Origin: an uncultured virus (IMG/VR IMGVR_UViG_3300025902_000021)
Taxonomy: Duplodnaviria > Heunggongvirae > Uroviricota > Caudoviricetes
Reading direction: 5' to 3' (one strand)
Length of the DNA stretch: 64,000 bases
Virus record (IMG/VR): IMGVR_UViG_3300025902_000021
Made by a program: the position numbers and the translations under genes. Shown in pieces: positions 9,025 through 17,349 of this stretch (within the stretch, counting starts at the first letter, position 1; every line of letters begins with the position of its first letter). The notes below the pieces were generated by a model. The model searched no databases and was not told where the DNA came from. It worked only from the letters and a program-made list of their open reading frames with translations.

Positions 9025-10784
9025 AACCTTGGGAACGATTTCAGCCAATTGACGCCCCTGCCGGTGGGACGGGAATTGACGTTCCCGTCCAGACAGGCAT
9101 GCAAGTGTCTCCCGCTGATCAAGCCCTTCGTGATCGTGCTCGGTTGGCTATCTTGGAGCAAGAGGTCTCCGCCAACCCTACTGATGCGGCCTTGGGGCGC
9201 GAGGTGGCTGGAGAGCGTGCGAAGCAAGGTGCTGTTGCCCCCTCTATGAAACCTTGGGAACGGTTCGCAGCAGCTCCTGTTCCCGCAGCCCCCAAAGTCG
9301 TGGCGCGTACCCTCAAGGACGATATGGGGGATCAAGCCAACGAGAGCTGGGGCAAGGCTCTTGAGACCGGCATTGCTACTTCTGGCTCCAAGACGGTTCG
9401 TGCTCTGGGTACAACCCTTCTGCCGAAGTCCATGGAGGAGTGGGCGGAGAAGAAAGGCTGGCTCCCATCGGCCAAGGACATCGAGCTGCTCAAGGCTGGT
9501 ACTGCTGCCTCCCCCGCCGCTGGCGCCACGGAGGTTGTTGGTGACGTCCTCACCGAACTCGCCCCTGCAGCCAAAGTCATGAAGGGTGCCAATACCTTCC
9601 GCAAGTCATTGCCCCGTGCAGCAGCCCTTGGAGCTACAATTGGGGGTATGAGGTCGGAAGCCCCTGACTATGCGGGCCTCGCTACGGACGTAGCAGAGGG
9701 CGGGGTAGGGGGAGCTATAGGGGAGGGCGCTGGAAAGCTCGCTACACGCGTTCTCACGCGTTCTATACCCCGTTCAGAAGCCGCCGAACGCCTTATGGAG
9801 CGGGGTATCTACCCGACCCTTGGGGACGCTGCGGATCAATCGACGGTTCGTGGTAAGGTAGTCAAGTTCCTTGAGGGCCAGGTCGAGGCGATGCCGATAA
9901 GCGGTGCACCTCAACGGTTCGCCAAGGAGCGTGTCACTCGTGACCTCTTCAATGAGGCCGCTGATATGAGTGTACCTCCAGGGCGCGTACTGCCTACCGG
10001 CAACCGTGCACAGGTTCTTGATCGCCTCAGCGATATGAACTCTCAGGACTTCGGTGCTGCTCTTGCAGGCACCTCCATGAGGGCGACCCATCAACTCAAG
10101 AATGTCGCGGATAGCGCTATCGACTCAATGAAGGGCCGGTACTATGTATCCGACGATGTGGCGGATGCGATCAAGCAAGAGATGAATCAGAAGATCTGGG
10201 CTGGCATCCGTAGTGGCGAGATTTCCGGCCAAGGTGCCCACAACTTCATCGAGAACATGTTCGAGGGTCTCAACGCCACTCGTGGTAATAACAACGCTCA
10301 GCAGTTGGTTAATGAATTGGCTCTCGGCTTCAAGGCGCGGCTGAATGACACCGCGGTTCGCCAAGGTTTTGACCTCCCAGGAATCCGTCAATCGGCCGCC
10401 AATATTCACGCTCTCCGCAGGGCAGGGGGATCGCGTGAGGGCGTATCGGGTGAACAACTCATGCGTGGGGTGCAGTCGAATAACCGCGCCACGAACTCGC
10501 TGGATGCAACCTATGACCTCCAACGGCTGGCTGAGGAAGCTCAAGGAGTGACCCATGCGCGTAATCCAATGGGCAATCGTAATCCACTCCAGTTCCTCCG
10601 TGATGCGGCTGGGGTTGTTACTGGGGGTGGAATCCCTGCCCTCATGCTCGGTGGGGTGAATAGTAGTCAACATGCCAAGCGGCTCTTGCTTGGTGATCCG
10701 GTGTACCGTAATGCAATGAAGCGCGCACTCTCCGCACCTGCAACTGTTGCAGGGATCAGAAGTGCAAATGAGGAGGAGTACTGA
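9021..10784 (+). CDS. Internal virion/ejection protein 3
   Basis: MKPWERF twice; Gly/Ala membrane-like segments; positional equivalent of 47526. Confidence 0.7.
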   Translation: MKPWERFQPIDAPAGGTGIDVPVQTGMQVSPADQALRDRARLAILEQEVSANPTDAALGREVAGERAKQGAVAPSMKPWERFAAAPVPAAPKVVARTLKDDMGDQANESWGKALETGIATSGSKTVRALGTTLLPKSMEEWAEKKGWLPSAKDIELLKAGTAASPAAGATEVVGDVLTELAPAAKVMKGANTFRKSLPRAAALGATIGGMRSEAPDYAGLATDVAEGGVGGAIGEGAGKLATRVLTRSIPRSEAAERLMERGIYPTLGDAADQSTVRGKVVKFLEGQVEAMPISGAPQRFAKERVTRDLFNEAADMSVPPGRVLPTGNRAQVLDRLSDMNSQDFGAALAGTSMRATHQLKNVADSAIDSMKGRYYVSDDVADAIKQEMNQKIWAGIRSGEISGQGAHNFIENMFEGLNATRGNNNAQQLVNELALGFKARLNDTAVRQGFDLPGIRQSAANIHALRRAGGSREGVSGEQLMRGVQSNNRATNSLDATYDLQRLAEEAQGVTHARNPMGNRNPLQFLRDAAGVVTGGGIPALMLGGVNSSQHAKRLLLGDPVYRNAMKRALSAPATVAGIRSANEEEY

Positions 10785-12844
10785 TGCCACGTAATGCTCA
10801 AGGGGTTTATTCACTCCCCGCTGGAAACCCTGTAGTTCCAGGGACTCTCATCGAGACTACGTGGGCCAATCCCACCATGTCCGATATTGCCGCTGCCCTT
10901 ACTGGCTCTTTGCCTCGTGATGGAAGCGCCCCGATGACGGGCGATCTTCAACTCAGTGGTGCTACCCCCGCCAATGGGCGGAGTGCCGTTAGCAAGGATT
11001 ATGTCACCAGCTTCCTTGCCACGGCGACTGGGATGCCTACCGGCTCAGTAGTTGCCTATGCTGGGAATGTGGCCCCTGCAGGGTTCCTGGAGTGCAACGG
11101 CCAAGCTGTAAGTCGCACCACCTACTCCGATCTGTTTAATGTAGTTAGCACGATCTATGGGGCAGGGAATGGGGTGGATACCTTCAACGTGCCAGATATG
11201 CGCGATGAGTTCATTCGTGGTAAGTCGGCAGCACGGGCAGTCGGTAGCAAGCAAGTTGCGGCATTTGCCAGTCACACTCACGCGACCAGCGATCCAGGCC
11301 ACGTACATCCTTTGATTGATCCTGGCCATGCTCACAGTGCGTCCCAGCCTGCACATACTCACGGGGTGAATGATCCAGGTCATTCTCACGCGGCTGGCTT
11401 CCAGATCGCAGGGGTGGGGGTAAGTGCTGCTACCGCAGGAAGTCCGTGGCAAGCGAATACCGATGCCTCCCTTACTGGCATTAGCATCCAGGCTGGGGGC
11501 GGCGATGCGGTAACGGTCAATCTCAACGGCACTTACGTGTCGGTAGCCAATGCTGTAGCTGGTCTGTCTATCGGCGCGACTGGTGATGGTGAAACCCGTC
11601 CGCAGAACATCGCCCAGATCTACATCATCAAGGCCGTTAGCGATGCAGGGCCAATAACTGGTATTGCGGGGATAACCTCCTCCGACGTCAATATGATCGA
11701 CATCGGGGTTTCCAATCCTGCGATCCCCGAACTTCTTATCAAGAGCAACGTCGCCTTCGGCACAGTAAAGCTCGACGCCAGCGGCAAGGTGCCGATCCTG
11801 CAGATGCCGACTAGCAGTTCTCAGTTCCTTGGCTATTTCGATGCGTCCCCCGGTACTTTGCCTGCTGATCCTGCGACCAGTGGTGACTACTATGCTGTGT
11901 CCGTCCAAGGTACGCTGACGGTCTATGATCCTGTGACGCTGGTTGCATCGCCCACGCTGGTTGTTGTGGGGTCGCAACTGCACTACGTCACTGGTAGCGT
12001 CACCAATCCGACCGGCTGGTACACACTGACCGTATCAGGTGCGACGCTCGCGTCCGACGTGCAGTTCATTCCCACCGGCACGATAAGCAGCGCGAATGTC
12101 CAGTTGGCGATTTCCGAATTGGACAGTGAGACTCAGATTGCTCTAAGCAGCAAGCCTGATCTTAGTAGTGCCTTACCGTTGGCCGATGGGACGGCAAACG
12201 CAGGATCGTCCGTATTTGCTTCGCGTGCGGATCATGTACACCCATCTCCCAACGCACCTACAGCAGCAACTACCAGCTTTACTCCAGCAGGAAATGTTGC
12301 TGCAGCCAACGTTCAACTGGCTATCGAAGAGCTAGATAATGAAAAGTTGGCGTTGACTGGTGGGTTCATGGCCGGAACATTGACCATGAATGCGGGCCAA
12401 AAGTTACAGTTTGGTAGCGCCATAGATCAGTCGAAAACCTTTGTATTATCCGCACCGACGCCGCTTGACGGAACTTTGACCCTTGAACGGACTGATGGCA
12501 CGGACATAATGAAGGTCTTAGTCGATGGTCAGATAAACATGCCGGGAATGCCGTTCTCAAAAAGTAGCAATGGATATGTGACCCTGCCAAACGGGTTAAT
12601 TATTCAGTGGGGATCAGACGCCACTGTAGCATCCGATCTCGCAGTGGCATTTCCAATAATCTTTCCGGTTGCTGTAGCCTCTGTTCAGACTACCATGGTC
12701 ACAGGCGCCACCACAACTCAGTTGTTTTCTACTACTGTCGATGCAATCAGTTCTTCAGGGTTTTCTGTGAGAAAGCGGTTTCAGTCTGGGTCAACCACAA
12801 GCGGAGCAACTGAACCGTTCAACTGGATCGCGATTGGGTATTGA
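10784..12844 (+). CDS. Tail fibre with phage tail-collar domain
   Basis: MPRNAQGVYSLPAGNPV anchor; collar motif P.GFLECNGQAVSRTTYSDLF...TFNVPDMRDEFIRG; HxH repeats; C-terminal GYVTLPNGLIIQWG domain. Confidence 0.9.
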   Translation: MPRNAQGVYSLPAGNPVVPGTLIETTWANPTMSDIAAALTGSLPRDGSAPMTGDLQLSGATPANGRSAVSKDYVTSFLATATGMPTGSVVAYAGNVAPAGFLECNGQAVSRTTYSDLFNVVSTIYGAGNGVDTFNVPDMRDEFIRGKSAARAVGSKQVAAFASHTHATSDPGHVHPLIDPGHAHSASQPAHTHGVNDPGHSHAAGFQIAGVGVSAATAGSPWQANTDASLTGISIQAGGGDAVTVNLNGTYVSVANAVAGLSIGATGDGETRPQNIAQIYIIKAVSDAGPITGIAGITSSDVNMIDIGVSNPAIPELLIKSNVAFGTVKLDASGKVPILQMPTSSSQFLGYFDASPGTLPADPATSGDYYAVSVQGTLTVYDPVTLVASPTLVVVGSQLHYVTGSVTNPTGWYTLTVSGATLASDVQFIPTGTISSANVQLAISELDSETQIALSSKPDLSSALPLADGTANAGSSVFASRADHVHPSPNAPTAATTSFTPAGNVAAANVQLAIEELDNEKLALTGGFMAGTLTMNAGQKLQFGSAIDQSKTFVLSAPTPLDGTLTLERTDGTDIMKVLVDGQINMPGMPFSKSSNGYVTLPNGLIIQWGSDATVASDLAVAFPIIFPVAVASVQTTMVTGATTTQLFSTTVDAISSSGFSVRKRFQSGSTTSGATEPFNWIAIGY

Positions 12845-12990
12845 TGCACTACCTATTTTTACTGCTGTTCCTAACCGGATGCACGACTCCTGCCCAATGG
12901 TGCATTGGGTCGTGCGTCCAAACCAACCCTGTCAAGGAGAAATACCATGAAGCACCTGTTCCTGCTGTTCCTATCCGTCCTGTCCCTTAA
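12844..12990 (+). CDS. Small lipoprotein (48 aa, not in ORF track)
   Basis: MHYLFLLLFLTGC lipobox then QWCIGSCV; TGATG coupling; homologue 51722. Confidence 0.7.
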   Translation: MHYLFLLLFLTGCTTPAQWCIGSCVQTNPVKEKYHEAPVPAVPIRPVP

Positions 12991-13468
12991 CGCGTTCGCC
13001 TTCGATCTTGGCGGCGACAAGACCTACAACACCGCGAACCAGACCAACCTGCAAGCGGTCGGCGTCGATGTGAGCAATCGCATCAGCAACGACACCCGCG
13101 CCACTGCAACCTCGTTCGCTGCCGGTGGTGTCGGCATCGGCCAAGGTGGTGTCGGTCAGGCTGTATCCGGTGGCTCATCCTCGGGAGTCAATTTTGCAAT
13201 CACCTCTCCAAAGAACACACCTTCCGTTTTCAGCGGCAACGTGTATCCCACCGCGCCTTGCATGGGTTCATCCACAATTGGGGGTGCAGGCGTTGGATTT
13301 GGACTCTCGGTCGGTACGTCTTGGACTGACGACGAGTGCGGCATCCGCGAAACCTCCCGCAGCTTCTCCGGCCTCGGTAAAGCCGACGACGCCCTGAAGG
13401 TGCTCTGCACGTCCAAGTACGCCGCTGCGGCCCCCTCCTGCGCTCAGGCAGCAACGACCAAGGAGTAA
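12947..13468 (+). CDS. Secreted Gly/Ser-rich protein with four-Cys C-terminal domain
   Basis: AAGGAG RBS; signal peptide MKHLFLLFLSVLSLNAFA; APCMGS..WTDDECGIRE..LC..C; homologue 52097. Confidence 0.75.
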   Translation: MKHLFLLFLSVLSLNAFAFDLGGDKTYNTANQTNLQAVGVDVSNRISNDTRATATSFAAGGVGIGQGGVGQAVSGGSSSGVNFAITSPKNTPSVFSGNVYPTAPCMGSSTIGGAGVGFGLSVGTSWTDDECGIRETSRSFSGLGKADDALKVLCTSKYAAAAPSCAQAATTKE

Positions 13469-13471
13469 ATC

Positions 13472-13684
13472 ATGGATCAGAACGACCCACGCTTCATCGA
13501 ATTCTTGCTGCAGGCTCTGCGGCAGGGGACGATGCAACCCGACCCGCCGATGCGGAGACAGGCACCTGCTGGCCCTGTCCCCGATCCTGCGGCTATGCTA
13601 CCCCAAGGCGGGATGTTGGGAGGTGCGGGGGCCGCGCTGCAGGGGCGGCAGGCACAGTTGGATGCGATTCTGAATCAACAGTAG
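13472..13684 (+). CDS. Small Gln/Gly-rich protein
   Basis: AAGGAG RBS; near-identical homologue at 52616. Confidence 0.7.
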   Translation: MDQNDPRFIEFLLQALRQGTMQPDPPMRRQAPAGPVPDPAAMLPQGGMLGGAGAALQGRQAQLDAILNQQ

Positions 13685-13784
13685 CGGGGAGGGGACAGAC
13701 GCGGGCAATCCCGTCGTCCCACCCCTGTCCATAAGCGGCCAGCATCAACACGATGCCAAGAACGGCGACGGCGAAGATGTTCAT
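13593..13784 (-). CDS. Small membrane/secreted protein
   Basis: Hydrophobic N-terminus; ATGA overlap with upstream gene; homologue 52731-52922. Confidence 0.5.
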   Translation of the reverse strand: MNIFAVAVLGIVLMLAAYGQGWDDGIARVCPLPATVDSESHPTVPAAPAARPPHLPTSRLGVA

Positions 13785-14086
13785 TTGACCCTCCATTCCC
13801 AACCTGTGTGATGGTTGTACTCCTCGCTGACCGGACGGCGTTCGAGGATGCCCAGTTCGACGTAGCGCACCAACTGTTTGAAAATCGACATGCGGTGCAT
13901 CCCGAGCCGGTCGGCAATCTCGACTGTCCTGCGCCACTCACTGCCGATGGCGTTGCAATACTTCTCGACTGCCTTGGAGTGGCGCGCCTCATGCATCACA
14001 GTCGGGTCGCGCCACTGACTGTTCTTCTCGCGCGGGTGCACCGGCAACGGCTTCACGTCCATCGATAGCATCTGAGCGAAGTTCAT
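13781..14086 (-). CDS. Winged-helix DNA-binding protein
   Basis: TVEIADRLGMHRMSIFKQLVRYVELGILERR; homologue 54148. Confidence 0.7.
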   Translation of the reverse strand: MNFAQMLSMDVKPLPVHPREKNSQWRDPTVMHEARHSKAVEKYCNAIGSEWRRTVEIADRLGMHRMSIFKQLVRYVELGILERRPVSEEYNHHTGWEWRVK

Positions 14087-14457
14087 GTTGGTACCACCGC
14101 AATTTTGTCATACTGTGGCTGGCGAATCCAGTGGGGAAGAACAGACTGGTTTTCGTCGCGCCATATCAGTTCGCCATCAATCAAGAAGCATTCCATCTTG
14201 ACCTCTTTCATCTTCGGCTGGCGCAGGGACATCTCCCGATCAACGGCAGCAGCAACATCGTCACAGGACGCGCTACGATACTGTGGAAGCATCTCCCGCG
14301 TTTTGGCCGCTGACTCTGGAATGTTTGCCATAGCCACACAACCACAGGCCGCGAGTCGCATCCGTTCTGTTTCGAGTTGCTGGCGCAGGGACAATACCTC
14401 GTTTTGGTCACAGGCGTTCGCGTACATCTGATTCCAGTAGTCCTGTTCAGTTGCCAT
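14083..14457 (-). CDS. Accessory hypothetical protein
   Basis: Coupled ORF; ERMRLAACG motif; two SLRQ hinge motifs. Confidence 0.65.
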   Translation of the reverse strand: MATEQDYWNQMYANACDQNEVLSLRQQLETERMRLAACGCVAMANIPESAAKTREMLPQYRSASCDDVAAAVDREMSLRQPKMKEVKMECFLIDGELIWRDENQSVLPHWIRQPQYDKIAVVPT

Positions 14458-14926
14458 GATTCAATCCCTTCGGTGCGTAGAGTGGAATGGTGTAATGCTC
14501 GGTCTTGTCGAGCGGCCTGATTAGGTACCCGGAATTGGCTTTTTGCAGTAGTTCCTTGACGCTGCTGGTTATTGCATCGTGCCGCGTTGGGCTGTCGTGC
14601 TTCCAAGCAACAGGCTCTCCTAACCAAGCCTTGAGCGCGGAGTCATCGGGCTGGAGGGCGAGGGCCTGTTGATACTCGCTCATGTAGGGCTTGTCTCCGG
14701 CAATCAGGCGCTCAAGTATCGAGTCCTTCAGCTTGCAAGCCGCCAGTGCTGCGGCGAGTTGCTGGCGCAGGGATTCGTACTTTTCATTCAATGCATGGTT
14801 TTCACGTTCTAATGCGTAGCAGTAATCTTCATGTGGCATTTTATTCTCCTTGGTAAGTTGTTTGTAATTTCCTAGTTCGTATTGCGCTTTGGCTAATACT
14901 TGCTGCATTACTGGGCGTAGGCTCAT
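14447..14926 (-). CDS. Accessory mosaic protein (Eae/Ead-like coiled coil plus EPVAW motif)
   Basis: SLRQQL, EPVAW, IPLY motifs; alternative start at 14839 with AAGGAG RBS. Confidence 0.6.
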   Translation of the reverse strand: MSLRPVMQQVLAKAQYELGNYKQLTKENKMPHEDYCYALERENHALNEKYESLRQQLAAALAACKLKDSILERLIAGDKPYMSEYQQALALQPDDSALKAWLGEPVAWKHDSPTRHDAITSSVKELLQKANSGYLIRPLDKTEHYTIPLYAPKGLNHGN

Positions 14927-15219
14927 ATTGGCTCCTTTCTTATTGACCCCCATGCCTCGGCTTCTTCCTTGGCTCCTGGTTTAAGTTCTTGGTACTCGCT
15001 CAGTGCTTCCATGCCTGAGTCCCACCACTTGCTAACAACTGCATTGTCTTTGGTGTCCAGTAGCAGGCACTCCAATTCAAGCGCCAATCGGTGTGCTTGC
15101 GCCCATGCGGTATCGAGTTGCTGGCGCAGTTCGTCCCATCCGTTATAGCGGAGTTCAATCTCAGCCTTAAGTTCTTCGTCTATAACCATGCCGCGAGTCA
15201 GTTTGTCCGGTGCGACCAT
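14923..15219 (-). CDS. Accessory hypothetical protein
   Basis: TGATG coupling; contains LRQQL hinge. Confidence 0.6.
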   Translation of the reverse strand: MVAPDKLTRGMVIDEELKAEIELRYNGWDELRQQLDTAWAQAHRLALELECLLLDTKDNAVVSKWWDSGMEALSEYQELKPGAKEEAEAWGSIRKEPI

Positions 15220-15458
15220 CACAACACCCCCGTCCACCAAGCAACAAGAACCGCGCCGATCACGAACCACACCGCAGCCTCACGCTTGCTCATCTTCGGG
15301 TAGCTGTTCTCCGGCACCGACAGCGGGATGCGCGGGTTCGGGTCACGATCAACCGTGCGGCTGAAGGGGATCACCGTGCCGACCCCCTTATTGAGCGGGG
15401 TCATTGCGTCCAGCCGACGCTGGCGACGTTGCTCATATGCATAGTCTTCGTCTTTCAT
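15219..15458 (-). CDS. Small protein with C-terminal TM helix
   Basis: AAVWFVIGAVLVAWWTGVL; homologue 53880. Confidence 0.65.
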   Translation of the reverse strand: MKDEDYAYEQRRQRRLDAMTPLNKGVGTVIPFSRTVDRDPNPRIPLSVPENSYPKMSKREAAVWFVIGAVLVAWWTGVL

Positions 15459-15459
15459 G

Positions 15460-15660
15460 TCAGGCCTCGAAGTCAAGTTCGTCAGGTTCATCGGAGTAGT
15501 ACGGGTCATCGATCACTTTCTCAATGTTGAATCCGCACTCGGGGTAGAGGTGGGCGTTCTTCCCAATCCACTCCTCGGCCTCCTCCATGGGGAGCCCATC
15601 CTCAATACAGAATGCCTCACCTGTCTCGGTAACTTGCATGATACGATAGGAATCAGCCAC
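15460..15660 (-). CDS. Small acidic hypothetical protein
   Basis: GTG start after AAGGAG; fills gap in operon. Confidence 0.55.
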   Translation of the reverse strand: MADSYRIMQVTETGEAFCIEDGLPMEEAEEWIGKNAHLYPECGFNIEKVIDDPYYSDEPDELDFEA

Positions 15661-15874
15661 GGCGAATCTCCTTGAGACGCTCAACGGCCTCGGTGGGGGT
15701 GGGGGCATACACGATGCTCAAAAGGATTTCAACGGGGAGGGGCATATCACGCCCTGCCTCGTAACGGGAGCCACAGGCTTGGCTAACACCTAGTTTGCGC
15801 CAGAAGCTATGTTGGGTTTTCCCAAGCCCCCATCTGAGGGCAGTAAGTTGTTCACCAGTCATTTCAATCTCCAT
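15653..15874 (-). CDS. XRE-family HTH regulator
   Basis: LGKTQHSFWRKLGVSQACGSRYEAGRDMP. Confidence 0.85.
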   Translation of the reverse strand: MEIEMTGEQLTALRWGLGKTQHSFWRKLGVSQACGSRYEAGRDMPLPVEILLSIVYAPTPTEAVERLKEIRRG

Positions 15875-15894
15875 AGTGGTACATCGAGCCTTAA

Positions 15895-15923
15895 ATATAC
15901 CCTAGTATTAAAGGCAAGTAAAT
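15895..15923 (-). promoter_or_regulatory. Putative sigma70-like promoter for the HTH/accessory operon
   Basis: Minus strand TTTACT-N17-TATATT. Confidence 0.5.
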
Positions 15924-16426
15924 ACATTAGCGAGTCTATCAATAACTACAGCGGGGATTGTATGGCACCCCAACTCATACCTTGCTCCTGTACCTTGCTG
16001 AATCCCCAATTTTCCCCAAAATTTCGTTTGTGAAAGCCCCATATCAAGCCTTAGTTGCTTTACCTTACCCCCAATAGCTAAGTCTGATGTTCTATCCTTT
16101 TTTGGATTAGGATTTTCAATCTCCTTTCTACCTGTAAAGTTTCCTAACAATCCACTACTTATTTTGTAATTTGTAAATAAGAAGTTTTGTCGGGCTTCAA
16201 AAGTATCCAGAGCTAGCGCCCCAAGCAATCCATTACACCTACTACAAGCTGGAACCTTTACAAGAGGAATCCCATGACTGTTAAAGTAAATTGTACCCCT
16301 TGACGCTACGCTGTTTATTGGAGGGATGTGATCCGCTGTAGTAGCTACACCCCCGCAATAAACGCAACAACACCCATCAACGCGTGCGTAGAACTGATTG
16401 TACCGCTTTCTATCAAGTATTGACAT
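15908..16426 (-). CDS. HNH endonuclease fused to XRE HTH
   Basis: CVYCG...TADHIPP...VPACSRCNGL; C-terminal LSQTKFWGKLGIQQGTGARYE; AT-rich relative to flanks. Confidence 0.8.
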   Translation of the reverse strand: MSILDRKRYNQFYARVDGCCCVYCGGVATTADHIPPINSVASRGTIYFNSHGIPLVKVPACSRCNGLLGALALDTFEARQNFLFTNYKISSGLLGNFTGRKEIENPNPKKDRTSDLAIGGKVKQLRLDMGLSQTKFWGKLGIQQGTGARYELGCHTIPAVVIDRLANVFTCL

Positions 16427-16538
16427 AATATGCCCTCATTTACTGCCTATGTGGAGTCGTAGAATCGACGAACGCGAGGCCGGTAGGGTAAAGGGTAAGG
16501 GTACTCGGCGGGATATTACTGAGCACCCTTCCAGACCC

Positions 16539-16814
16539 CTACGCAGCCCTTTCACGGCGGCGCGATATCCCGATTTCGGCCTGGAAACGCTCCTCCTCGG
16601 TCATATCAGCCTGAGCCTTGGCAACCTCGATGTACTTTTCCAGGAAGTGGTGGGCTTTCTCCAAGTCTTGGATACCGTTCTTCTTCTTCCACCGGCTGAC
16701 ATACTTGGTAATCTGGCCTTGGAAGTAGTCCAGGTCGTTGGCTACCACGTAGTCCCAGTGCTGGATGGGGGTCTTATAGTGACCGCCGCCGACTTGGGTG
16801 TTATTTGCACTCAT
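16539..16814 (-). CDS. DUF3310 / T7 gp1.7-like putative nucleotide kinase
   Basis: QVGGGHYK...GQITKYVSRWKKKNGIQDLEKAHHFL. Confidence 0.85.
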   Translation of the reverse strand: MSANNTQVGGGHYKTPIQHWDYVVANDLDYFQGQITKYVSRWKKKNGIQDLEKAHHFLEKYIEVAKAQADMTEEERFQAEIGISRRRERAA

Positions 16815-17349
16815 GACTGATCTCCTTGAGAAGTTGCTTCGTTGCAGGTAGTGGCTCGTTTGTACGCAGGTAGTCGATGCCCCGAGCCAGGATGGGGCGG
16901 AATTGATTGTTGCCCATATTGATCTCCTCCAACGCCTTGAAGCAGAGGTCGAGCATGTCGGCTTGCTTCAGCACCTTGCACTCCCTCGGAGTGAGGGGGG
17001 AGGAGTTGAACCAGTAGCGGTCAAAGCGGCGCTCCATTGCGTCGAGTGCCTCCTTGAGAGGGTCGCTGGCCCACTTGGCCGTGGCCGGAATATCGCCGGT
17101 GAACTGCTCAGCCATATCGTGGGTCAGTGCCGCCATGAGAAGGGCGACGCTCGGCTTGTCCTCGGAAAGGAGCACGCAAAGGATGGCCATATTTGCTGAG
17201 TGATGTCCCACAGTTTCCCCTACCAGGGTGTCCACGGTGTGGAACCGCTTGACCCGATTACCGTTGCGATACCGTTGGATGGTACTTATGGCGGGGTAGG
17301 TGGAGATGACCTCCTCCAGATCTCGCAGCTTGCTAGTGATGGAGCCCAT
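16801..17349 (-). CDS. HD-domain 5'-deoxynucleotidase (YfbR-like)
   Basis: VKRFH...ETVGHHS...ALTHDMAEQFTGDIP...KQADMLD. Confidence 0.88.
   Translation of the reverse strand: MGSITSKLRDLEEVISTYPAISTIQRYRNGNRVKRFHTVDTLVGETVGHHSANMAILCVLLSEDKPSVALLMAALTHDMAEQFTGDIPATAKWASDPLKEALDAMERRFDRYWFNSSPLTPRECKVLKQADMLDLCFKALEEINMGNNQFRPILARGIDYLRTNEPLPATKQLLKEISHECK

Noticed and set aside
10784..12844. Diversity-generating retroelement acting on the fibre
   Set aside because: No reverse transcriptase and no template/variable repeat pair seen.
16801..17349. DatZ / Z-genome pathway
   Set aside because: No PurZ-like or MazZ-like gene seen; context is pyrimidine modification.
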